A stretch of 63,564 nucleotides of DNA, counting the filler, from Stramenopiles sp. TOSAG23-3 (taxonomy: Eukaryota), in the NCBI GenBank assembly GCA_900128585.1. It is 10 parts of 10 records of this genome, joined end to end, with 100 filler letters (N's around TTAATTAATTAA, not from the genome) between each part and the next. Parts side by side here need not be neighbours in the genome. Positions count along the whole stretch, not along the records: positions 1 to 6,871 come from LT643241.1; positions 6,972 to 13,830 come from LT643242.1; 8 more parts are not named here. The stretch is one strand, 5' to 3'. The notes beneath the pieces were generated by a model, which did no database searches, had not been told where the DNA came from, and saw only the letters and a program-made list of their open reading frames with translations. Positions 1 through 8,669 of this stretch are shown here, in pieces. Every line of letters begins with the position of its first letter. The stretch's first letter is position 1. Both the position numbers and the translations under genes were made by a program.

Positions 1-370
1 GCATTTTGCCGCTTCCAACGGTCACGAGAACGTGGTGACACTGCTTGCAAAGGAGTACAATGCGGATGTGATGGTTCGAAATAATGTTGGTTGGACACCG
101 ATGCATTGTGCCGCGCAAGAAGGTCACGCAAACGTGGTAGCACTACTTGTGAAGGAGTACAATGCGGATGTGATGGTTCGAGACAATGATGGTTTCACAC
201 CGATGCATTGTGCCGCTGAGGGAGGTCACGCAAACGTGGTGACACTACTTGCAAAGGAGCTCAATGCCGATGTGATGGTTTGAAACAATGATGGTGGTCA
301 CCGATGCATTTTGCCGCTTCCAACGGTCACGAGAACGTGGTGACACCGTTTGCAAAGGAGTATAATGCAA
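1..370 (+). CDS. Ankyrin-repeat protein, 3' end only (5' truncated); last repeat degenerate
   Basis: Tandem 102-bp (34 aa) units, e.g. GWTPMHCAAQEGHANVVALLVKEYNADV. TGA at 281-283 where other units have CGA, followed by a frameshifted partial unit. Confidence 0.9.
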
Positions 371-534
371 AAAGTCTAAAAATAAACAATTTAAAATATT
401 TTAGGTTACACACAACAACTGAAAACAAATATAGATTATAGAACATGTCCTGCAAATTGCTTGATTTAGTCTTTCACATGTTAGGTGGAAGGAGGAAGTT
501 TGGTTCTTGAACGGTTTTACCTTTAAAGAAACCA

Positions 535-1017
535 TCATTGATTGAATTTTAGGTGGTCGCCGCCTTGCCTAAACCGGAACACCTCCTCAAAGTGGTGCAC
601 TTTTGTCATCTCGCGTTTCCCTTCGGGCGTCATCAAGAAGGACCTCAGTCTCTCCAGTTGGTCCAAGGTCGTCTTCGTTCCCATTTCATTGTACTCTTCC
701 TTGGAAATCTTGGTAGGACGAACTTGGTAGTACGCAGGATTCTTTTTTCTGGGTCCTGTAAGAACGAGCACTTTTCCAATTCTCCTCTCCCGTTCAGAGC
801 ACAGTTTATCACGCTGACGTTGTATCACTGCTTGCCTTTGCATTTTAATATTGGGAGGTTTACGTAGAAGCCGTTGGCTGGTGTAGAGTTTTGGTTTATT
901 ACATTCACCAGACTGATAATGCATTGTTCGTTTCAGCACATTTTCTTTGGGTTCGGAGCGCTCCGTTGGTGCAGTTTCCCCGGCTGCCGTAGTAATATTA
1001 GTGATTTTAACTTTCAT
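535..1017 (-). CDS. 160-aa basic protein with NEMP/TMEM194 C-terminal-like motif
   Basis: ATG ORF after an AT-rich leader. ISKEEYNEMGTKTTLDQLERLRSFLMTP...FRQGGDHL resembles NEMP1 [28 protein letters not shown]...FVEGSSHL (recalled). Confidence 0.65.
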   Translation of the reverse strand: MKVKITNITTAAGETAPTERSEPKENVLKRTMHYQSGECNKPKLYTSQRLLRKPPNIKMQRQAVIQRQRDKLCSERERRIGKVLVLTGPRKKNPAYYQVRPTKISKEEYNEMGTKTTLDQLERLRSFLMTPEGKREMTKVHHFEEVFRFRQGGDHLKFNQ

Positions 1018-1897
1018 ATTCTTTTGTTTTATAAATTTACTTTTTGTGGTTCAAATGCTTAATCCTATGTTTGTTTGATTTCCACTTCGTGTTTTACATT
1101 TATTGCCTTGAAGTCTATATAGTCTATGTAATAATATACCGTGCTGGAGGACGGAATAATAATTTGTATTATTAAAATAGAGACTATCAATAAAAAAAGA
1201 AAAGAAGGGGCGGGGCTGTAAGCTAGGAGAGGGAGAGAGGGTACGTACATTAGACTATATTCTAGTCTATTTATTTAAAGTTCCTCTACCTTGTGATCGA
1301 CGAGGAAGAATAATGTAGCTTTTCGAGACGACCCGAACCACAATCTTGTGCGCCTGTAAAATAATGTGGAAGGTGGACAGTTTTCCGATTCTGTTCGTGG
1401 GAATTCAATCTGTAATATTGAATCAGATAATTAATACAGACACACAGCACCAGGGTAAATTTTCCGAACTTTTTTCGGAAAAAATCTCTTCTTTTCGTAC
1501 CAGTATACTAATTCACAACAAGTACATATATTATCCTATTAAAGGGATCAGAATTGTTGCGCACCACCTTTTTCCGAAATAAATATATAAAGTAACTACC
1601 GGTACCCCCCAGACCAGAGCCAATGATATGCCAATGTGTAAATCCCCCCCATCATCATCATCATCAAAAATACATTTTAATAAATGTATCCAATATAGTA
1701 CAACAAAACGAATAATGCTATTAATAGCAGGTTCCTTCCCAAAAAGAAACACTTGGACTGTGTGTTATTAATATATTCCGAACAACTCGCACCCCCCCTT
1801 TCGACGCCACAAAATAAAATTATAACTAAAGAAAAGAAACGAAGCAGCACCAACAAAAAACAAGTAGCGAACCTTTCAAGATTCAAAAAAAAAACAG

Positions 1898-4800
1898 ATG
1901 AGGGAGAACAAAATCGTAACGTGTAGCACCCCAGAAGCACCCGCGAAGCGGAAAAAGCAACATGGCGCTTCAAGCTCAAAAAAACAGAAACTCGCGAAGT
2001 GCCCTGTTTGTCTCGAGCCGCCCGAAAAGGCGCTTATGTGCGAAAAGGGGTTCGTGGCATGTGACCAGTGCTGGCAGCGGAAAATTTGCTTTGATATCCA
2101 GCGAGGTCGAGCACCGCAGTGCATGTGCAAACGGTGCGGCGACTTGCCAAAATTTGAGCCTCGGTTCAACTCGTTGGTGAATAATTTGTGCACTTTATGT
2201 TACAAACCCCAAAAGTACCGGCGATGCACCCCAACGGTTAAGATTGGGTGCGCGCTCGACCACTCGTTTTGTTCCGAGTGTATTCGGGTGCATTTGTTGA
2301 CAGCGCTGAAACCAGATTCAAAGACAATGCCAAAGTGCCCGCGCTTCGCCGAGTGCAAGTTCACCCTACAGGAAGCAAGTATTCGCAGGCTGCTTGAGGA
2401 AACGAAAAACAACACGATCGATAACGCGGAACCGACAGAAATTTATTTACAAGAATGGTACGACTTACGAGTTCGAACGAGTCAAGTAAATCATCCACGG
2501 GGGTTTAAATGCACAGTTCCTGATTGTTCGGGATACGTATTGGGGAGCATTTGGGACTCGAGCACACGAAAGACACGGTGTTTAAATTGCGACCGTATGT
2601 ATTGTTCTGCTTGCAAGAACGAGTACCACCCGGGGCGAAAGTCATGCGTCGATGCGAAACATGCTAGCGCACAGTGGAACGGGTTTCTTAAAGCAACAGC
2701 AGACCCAGGTACGAAAACTGGCGCTGGTGTTGCTGAGACGGCCAAGGCGGCCCTGCTTCGAATTCAGCAGGATGGCCAGACAGATGAATGGTTCCGCAAA
2801 GAATTCGCGTCCCAATCGGACGACCATGGGATAAAGTTCTGCCCAAACCCAAAGTGCAAAAAGATCATCTACAAGGTCGACCGGTGCACTTCTATGATAT
2901 GCGGGAAAAACAATGATGATGATGAAGACAATCAAGACGGCTGCCGCCAGAAATTTGACTGGCGAAAGGCTCCTCACGCAACAAAGGAAGAAATTGATGC
3001 GTACCTGTCGAAGCGCGGAAAGAAAACGTTCGCGCAGGTGGAGCTTACGAGCGATGGCGTTCACTACAGTACTGCTATTTTTCACAGCAAGGACTTAAAA
3101 TGGGAAACGCGGGCTTGCACTGAGTGTTCGGAGGTTATTAAAGGCACTCGATTTGATTGTATTAATTGCGGCGGAGACAGCGGAAGACCCAGTGCGACGC
3201 TATGCTTGAAATGCGTTACAAACCACGTAGACCACCGCTGGGGGAAAACGAAGCATTCGGGTCACAAATTTGCTGTTGTCAACCCTCTGACGACCGCGCC
3301 TGTTCCTGCCCTGCGATATGTACAAGCAAGGCTGAACCAAGAATCAGGGATATTGTCTGTGCGTGATCTCAGCAGGGCAGTTGACCTCGTGGAATTGCTT
3401 GATACTGCCAGCGACAAAAATCTCGAGGATGGATCCCTGGTAACGGTGCGGGTTGACCTGCATCCAGATGGCAATCTGGTGTTCGCTGACAATGCTCGTC
3501 GGGCCATTGGAGATTTATGTTTGGACTCCATCGCATTTGATTTAAATGACAACAAAACATGTGGTGGTGACAAACAACCTTTAAAATTACTGGACTCGGC
3601 GCCATTTTATTGCGAGACAGATGAACCTCAAAAAGTGAACGTAGAGGCCGCACATCTTTCTGAGTCTATTGTATTCCACCCAGGCGCGCACTACCGTTTT
3701 AACTTTTCTGTCCACAATGTTGAAGGTCTAAGTAAATACATGACGCTCTCGGAAGACAGTAAGAGCATCGAATTGCCACTGAAGAGTAAAGTTCCACTTA
3801 CGGATGATCTTGCCAAGTTGGTTGCCAAGGAAGCACTCACGGAGGAGCAAGCCCACGCAATGATGCCGCCCCAGAAGGTAAAAGGGGAGGAGTCAAAAGG
3901 GACTACCGAGTCTTCAGGGGAGGAGTGTGCCACAAACGCCTCAGTCTGGGAAGTAGTCAATGTGACGTTGGAATCGGTGACCAGCAAAGTATTTATGCTT
4001 CGGAATGTCCTTCACCCAGAATTGTTCTTGCGCTCGAGCGATAGACTCGATAACCAAAGCAAAAATGCGCTTGTGGGTGTCGCAGAATATAATGATGCTG
4101 AGGCTAGTCGATTTCACTTTACTGCTACCGTAAACGGCGATCCCGATTTTCGCCAATGTAACCAATTCATCCCGTGCAATCCTGCCTCCATCCAAGCAGG
4201 CAATCAATATGTTTTCCATCCTAAGGGAGAGAGGACAGATTATCGTAAGGGTTTGCCCCATGACCAAATAGTTACCGTTATTGAGCAGAATACTGGAACA
4301 CCGCCGATACACGTTGAATGGAAGGATGGCACAACGTACTGGGTTCATAAGGAAGACTTGTGCGTAAAGATAACACAAAAAACCGAATTACCAAGTACGG
4401 GATATCAAATATTTCTGTATTCGGTTTTTGGTGGACAAAAAAGTCCCATTTATAGTGACGAAATGGGGAGGGTTGCAATTAATTGCTCGTTAAAGCGTTG
4501 GTATTGGTTTGGTTGCTCTCAAACATGCACTAAATCACATCGCAGCAAAACAACTTGCGTAGTGTGCAATCGTCCTTGGGACAAGCACAGTGGTCATAAG
4601 TGCAACGACGGCACTGACAGACGTGGCATCTTTGCTTCCGGTAAAATACAAATGAAGACCCCAATATATGTAGAAACTGTTCGGGAAGCAAACGAGTCCT
4701 CCCCAAAGGCGTTCCTGTCGGGCATTGACGACATAGCCCTCGCAAAAGTGCACTGCACACCTGCCGAAGACTCAGTGCACCTGATGCCTGTTTTATGGGA

Positions 4801-6358
4801 GAAAAAGTGTCTGGCACTCTGCACACCCGCATTTCCAGCTTGTGATGAGCAACTTGAAGTGTTGCAGTTGAATGGTGAGGCGTACAAAGTGTTTGGAACT
4901 GGTTTGCGCACAGAAACGCCGCACTTCGTCCGACGCGCTCCGGACACAATCTCACCAGGAAACCAATTTATTTTTCATCCTAGTTCCAATAGGTATGCTT
5001 ATACCCAGGATTTGCCTCGTGAAGAACTGGTTACAGTGATCCAGAAGGGTTGCGGGAAACCGCCAATACACGTTAAATGGAAGGATGGTACAGACTACTG
5101 GGTATACGAGAAAGATTTATGCTTGCCACCAAAGGTAGCCGCTGGAAATAAATCCTCAATGCAGCAAGAAGGAGTGCCTGCGCAGGTGCGGTGTCGAGTT
5201 CACAACAACATCGTACATCTGTTTGGACGAGTCAGCGCAATGAATGGGGGTTACCTTAAAAAAGGCACTTGCATAACGAGAAAATTAGTGCGCGGTCCCA
5301 GAAACTATCGCCAACTGTTTATGGTTGCGGGTTTAAGCAAGGACTACCCGAAACGCGTTGGAACAGCCGTGGTGGAGTATATTAATGGATGTTTAGTGTT
5401 CAAGGGTGTTACAGCGGACAGTGATCTTTCGAGAATCCACAGCCTTTCACTAAACGATATCGTTATTATTCTCCCGAACATAAATGGGCAGCCAAATGGT
5501 CCAGTTGGGTTCGAGTGGGATGTAAATATGCTGGCCAGATGTCGGAAGAGAGAAGCTTATAATAATTTTAATCTGCTTTGTGCAGATAGCAATTACGATC
5601 CTATATTTGGAAATGTCTCGTTCGCGTCAGGTCGCCATTCCTGGCAATTTCATGGGCGCAAATGGACGCACATTAAGTTCGGCATTGCCACCGAGAACGC
5701 GAAATACACCGCTTTTGATTTTGAATCTGATGCAGTGCGCGTATTTGGAGGCAGCGGTGCAGACACAGGTAAAGAATATTACAAAGAGGTCAATAATTTG
5801 ACAAACACTTCTGTAGTGACAGTGACTCTTGATTTTGAAGACGATTCGTTTTCCATTGAAATCGACTGCGTACATTTCCCCCAGCATACATTTCGTGGTG
5901 GCATTAAAGGGAAGATGTGGTTCCCTGTCGCTGGATGCAATTCCAGCGACGCCCTTATCTCAGTCTATACACGGCCAAAACGAATCCCGAGAGACAAGCA
6001 GACCGATCAAATACATAAGGTTCTGGAACAAAAGCACGATAGAAAGGGGCGGGGAGCTGAGCCAAACTCTTCTGCATTGACCCGATTGGATGCAAATTAT
6101 GGTGGTACCATCTACGGCTTCACTGATCAATCAAAACAATATTTGATTGGAACGGTGGTCCGTCGACCATCTGCGACAACAAAAGCATTTCTCACTAAAG
6201 GCACAGCCTGCCCCGGCGATCAAAGCGGGTGCCCGCTTGGCATGTGGCGCCCCGGGGACTTGATCGCGCGTCTTCCAGTAGGTTGCCGCCCTTTGTCCAC
6301 TTTAACGTTCGGTGTCTTGGCACGTGCTGCGCCGAAGTGGCCATGTATTGAAACGTGA
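1898..6358 (+). CDS. Large RBR (RING1-IBR-RING2) E3 ubiquitin ligase with ZZ finger, two CPH-like domains and a SPRY/B30.2-like domain
   Basis: RING1 CALDHSFCSEC..CPRFAEC. IBR CTVPDC..CLNCDRMYCSACKNEYH. RING2 CPNPKCKKIIYKVDRCTSMICG. ZZ CTECSEVIKGTRFDCINC..LCLKC. SPRY-like SGRHSWQF..IKFGIA..VTVTLDFE..WFPVA. Confidence 0.85.
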   Translation: MRENKIVTCSTPEAPAKRKKQHGASSSKKQKLAKCPVCLEPPEKALMCEKGFVACDQCWQRKICFDIQRGRAPQCMCKRCGDLPKFEPRFNSLVNNLCTLCYKPQKYRRCTPTVKIGCALDHSFCSECIRVHLLTALKPDSKTMPKCPRFAECKFTLQEASIRRLLEETKNNTIDNAEPTEIYLQEWYDLRVRTSQVNHPRGFKCTVPDCSGYVLGSIWDSSTRKTRCLNCDRMYCSACKNEYHPGRKSCVDAKHASAQWNGFLKATADPGTKTGAGVAETAKAALLRIQQDGQTDEWFRKEFASQSDDHGIKFCPNPKCKKIIYKVDRCTSMICGKNNDDDEDNQDGCRQKFDWRKAPHATKEEIDAYLSKRGKKTFAQVELTSDGVHYSTAIFHSKDLKWETRACTECSEVIKGTRFDCINCGGDSGRPSATLCLKCVTNHVDHRWGKTKHSGHKFAVVNPLTTAPVPALRYVQARLNQESGILSVRDLSRAVDLVELLDTASDKNLEDGSLVTVRVDLHPDGNLVFADNARRAIGDLCLDSIAFDLNDNKTCGGDKQPLKLLDSAPFYCETDEPQKVNVEAAHLSESIVFHPGAHYRFNFSVHNVEGLSKYMTLSEDSKSIELPLKSKVPLTDDLAKLVAKEALTEEQAHAMMPPQKVKGEESKGTTESSGEECATNASVWEVVNVTLESVTSKVFMLRNVLHPELFLRSSDRLDNQSKNALVGVAEYNDAEASRFHFTATVNGDPDFRQCNQFIPCNPASIQAGNQYVFHPKGERTDYRKGLPHDQIVTVIEQNTGTPPIHVEWKDGTTYWVHKEDLCVKITQKTELPSTGYQIFLYSVFGGQKSPIYSDEMGRVAINCSLKRWYWFGCSQTCTKSHRSKTTCVVCNRPWDKHSGHKCNDGTDRRGIFASGKIQMKTPIYVETVREANESSPKAFLSGIDDIALAKVHCTPAEDSVHLMPVLWEKKCLALCTPAFPACDEQLEVLQLNGEAYKVFGTGLRTETPHFVRRAPDTISPGNQFIFHPSSNRYAYTQDLPREELVTVIQKGCGKPPIHVKWKDGTDYWVYEKDLCLPPKVAAGNKSSMQQEGVPAQVRCRVHNNIVHLFGRVSAMNGGYLKKGTCITRKLVRGPRNYRQLFMVAGLSKDYPKRVGTAVVEYINGCLVFKGVTADSDLSRIHSLSLNDIVIILPNINGQPNGPVGFEWDVNMLARCRKREAYNNFNLLCADSNYDPIFGNVSFASGRHSWQFHGRKWTHIKFGIATENAKYTAFDFESDAVRVFGGSGADTGKEYYKEVNNLTNTSVVTVTLDFEDDSFSIEIDCVHFPQHTFRGGIKGKMWFPVAGCNSSDALISVYTRPKRIPRDKQTDQIHKVLEQKHDRKGRGAEPNSSALTRLDANYGGTIYGFTDQSKQYLIGTVVRRPSATTKAFLTKGTACPGDQSGCPLGMWRPGDLIARLPVGCRPLSTLTFGVLARAAPKWPCIET

Positions 6359-6871
6359 GTATCGATCAATTTTGACATTATAAATTCCCCGCCGCCTGAA
6401 AAAAAAACATCGTCCAATGTCATACCTGGATATCATGAAATTATACAAGAGACATAAGTACACGACGAAGCAGAAACAGGCTCCTGGCGCCTCTTTTGGT
6501 ATTCGAATTTGATAGGGAGATTAATTTATTTAATATACGATACACTTACATGTATTATACCATATCATCTTACTACTAGGAGTTCTTCTTCATTCTTCAA
6601 CAAAAAGAAAAAGACCTCTGGACTCGTTTACGTATATATTTGAGAGAAAGACTACCCAGAATCCACAGTGTAGGAACGAAAAAGGTGACGGAAGCATGTT
6701 TTACAAGACTTCAAAGCCCCTCTTCATTTCCCGTCTTGTGCACTAACTACTGTTGGACGGCTGCTGGGATGTTTGAGCACTTCCCCTTTTTGGTACTACT
6801 AATGAAAAAACCAAAATATATAGTACTAATGATATAAAATTATGCTAAGCATACTGACACGGGCCACAGGC

Positions 6872-6971
6872 NNNNNNNNNNNNNNNNNNNNNNNNNNNNN
6901 NNNNNNNNNNNNNNNTTAATTAATTAANNNNNNNNNNNNNNNNNNNNNNNNNNNNNNNNNNNNNNNNNNNN
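6872..6971. other. Artificial contig-joining spacer
   Basis: 44 N + TTAATTAATTAA + 44 N. Identical spacers at 13831-13930, 20784-20883, 27730-27829, 34673-34772, 41607-41706, 48537-48636, 55462-55561 and 62379-62478. Confidence 0.98.
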
Positions 6972-7050
6972 CGTAGAAAGAAATTAGAAAAGAAGTAAAA
7001 AAACTATAATAAATTTAAAAAAAGAAGAAAGAAAACCAATAAAAAAAGCA
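6972..7050 (+). repeat. Left copy of 79-bp perfect inverted repeat at the ends of contig 2
   Basis: CGTAGAAAGAAATTAGAAAAG...AATAAAAAAAGCA is the exact reverse complement of 13752-13830. Confidence 0.95.
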
Positions 7051-7053
7051 TTG

Positions 7054-8415
7054 ATGGATATGTCCGAAGAAGTGTGTGGTTACATTAGCACTATGGAAGA
7101 GCAGTCTGCAAAAGAACGACAACTTAATACCGGGGATATTGTTTGGGCGAAATCCGATAATTATCCCTGGTGGCCCGCCCAAGTTACTGCCATAAACAAT
7201 CATGTTTGCAAAGTTTTGTTTTTTCCGGATCATCAGGAACTTACAATGCCGCTTCGCTTTGTGATGCCATTTTTAAAGCATTATGATGCGCTTTCAAAGA
7301 GTATGGCGTGCACGCTCCATGTCAATGATATTCTTATGTTTAAGCAAGCCGTTTCACAAGGGGCGCTGATGATTCGTGCACAGCACCAATCATCTCACAA
7401 CCAATTTGAGAAGACTTTGCCCGCAACGATTCTTGGCCACGCTGCACAAGCGCAACTAGAAGATGAACGTGAACAAATGCCCGGATTTTTGCTGAATGCA
7501 AATAGCAAGAATTCAAGCATGAAACAAAAACCACCCAAACAACATAAAAAGAAAAGGCGCAGAAAAACCGACTCGGTCCTTAATACAAAGAACGCCACAG
7601 AGCCCAGCAAACGAAGAAAATTTAACGGGGCATGGCCCAGGAAGATTGACCACAGAGTAAGCTCTAAGAATACGAAAAAAGCAGATCCGAGCACAATTCC
7701 CATGGCGTTTTCTGGCAGCAACGACGCATCCCACCATGCAAAAATGATGAAGATCAGCAATGATTGCCCGTTTTGTGGAAAAGTGTTTTCTCGACCCCAA
7801 GCATGTGGAATGCACAAAAAGTATTGCAAGAAGAATCCCAGGAAAGGGCTACCCACAGGCGATAAATGGCGAAAAGGAATGGTTGACGCTTCATTGCAAC
7901 CGGTGATGGCCCCTGTTGGCAAACCATTGAAGAATCCTCCTTTGACTGAGGCAGTTCTTGGTCGAGGATTGGAGATCTTTTGGTCCGGAGACTCAACGTG
8001 GTACTCAGGCACAGTCTCGAATTATGACGCAAATACTGGGCATCACGAAGTAGTCTACGATGACGGCGCAACTGAATGGGTGAATCTTGTGAACGAAAAG
8101 TTTAAGTGGAGGTCAAAAACAAAGAATCAGAAAGTGCCCCTAGCTGTACGAATGAATATGAACAGTTCTAACAAGCAAAACAATTTGCCTCTTGGAATTA
8201 TCCATGGGGCCAAATATGTTGCTGAAAAAGTGTTGGATATCAGAAATAACGACTTGTCAGGGTCGGGATGCGCTACATATCTAGTAAAATGGGCTAACAT
8301 TGATACACCAAGTTGGGTGTCCGGTACCGGTAATAGTCTTGTGCCCCAAACTATTATTGATGAGTACTACAGAAATGTAAACACGGGCGGTAGGAGGAAT
8401 CCTAGGTTCTTGTGA
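7054..8415 (+). CDS. Chromatin reader: PWWP + C2HC finger + Tudor + chromodomain-like
   Basis: GDIVWAKSDNYPWWPAQV (PWWP). CPFCGKVFSRPQACGMHKKYC. LGRGLEIFWSGDSTWYSGTVSNYD..HEVVYDDGATEWVNL (Tudor). YVAEKVLD..YLVKWANIDTPSWV (chromo). First ATG at 7054. Confidence 0.88.
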   Translation: MDMSEEVCGYISTMEEQSAKERQLNTGDIVWAKSDNYPWWPAQVTAINNHVCKVLFFPDHQELTMPLRFVMPFLKHYDALSKSMACTLHVNDILMFKQAVSQGALMIRAQHQSSHNQFEKTLPATILGHAAQAQLEDEREQMPGFLLNANSKNSSMKQKPPKQHKKKRRRKTDSVLNTKNATEPSKRRKFNGAWPRKIDHRVSSKNTKKADPSTIPMAFSGSNDASHHAKMMKISNDCPFCGKVFSRPQACGMHKKYCKKNPRKGLPTGDKWRKGMVDASLQPVMAPVGKPLKNPPLTEAVLGRGLEIFWSGDSTWYSGTVSNYDANTGHHEVVYDDGATEWVNLVNEKFKWRSKTKNQKVPLAVRMNMNSSNKQNNLPLGIIHGAKYVAEKVLDIRNNDLSGSGCATYLVKWANIDTPSWVSGTGNSLVPQTIIDEYYRNVNTGGRRNPRFL

Positions 8416-8478
8416 TGGAAATAGCAGTTTGTGTTATTGCCATACTCGCACCACGTCGTCGAAAGTTTTTAAGTATTT

Positions 8479-8503
8479 TAAAAACAAGAAAATTGGCTGT
8501 TAT
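8479..8503 (+). promoter_or_regulatory. 25-bp 3'-flank motif TAAAAACAAGAAAATTGGCTGTTAT, copy 1
   Basis: Exact copies at 13357-13381 (+) and 21795-21819 (-). A regulatory role is inferred from position only. Confidence 0.6.
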
Positions 8504-8669
8504 TTAATTAGTTTTAAAGTTATTTTAGTTTTAAAGTAAGATTAATTTATCAATAAAGCTCTAAAGTTCCAGGTTTACGTTCCTTCGTGTACTGCGAAAT
8601 GTTTAATACTCTTTTTTTAAAGCGTAACTTAGTTTATCAGTAAGGTCTTAGGCAAATATCTTGCCCATT

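Noticed and set aside
1-370. CRISPR-like repeat array
   Set aside because: Units are contiguous in-frame ankyrin codons with no unique spacers; no cas genes.
1461-1480. TTTCCGAA-N4-TTCGGAAA hairpin as a terminator
   Set aside because: Eukaryotic context, and a short stem is expected by chance in AT-rich DNA.
6916-6927. TTAATTAATTAA palindrome repeated about every 6.9 kb
   Set aside because: Synthetic six-frame stop linker inside N runs; not biological.
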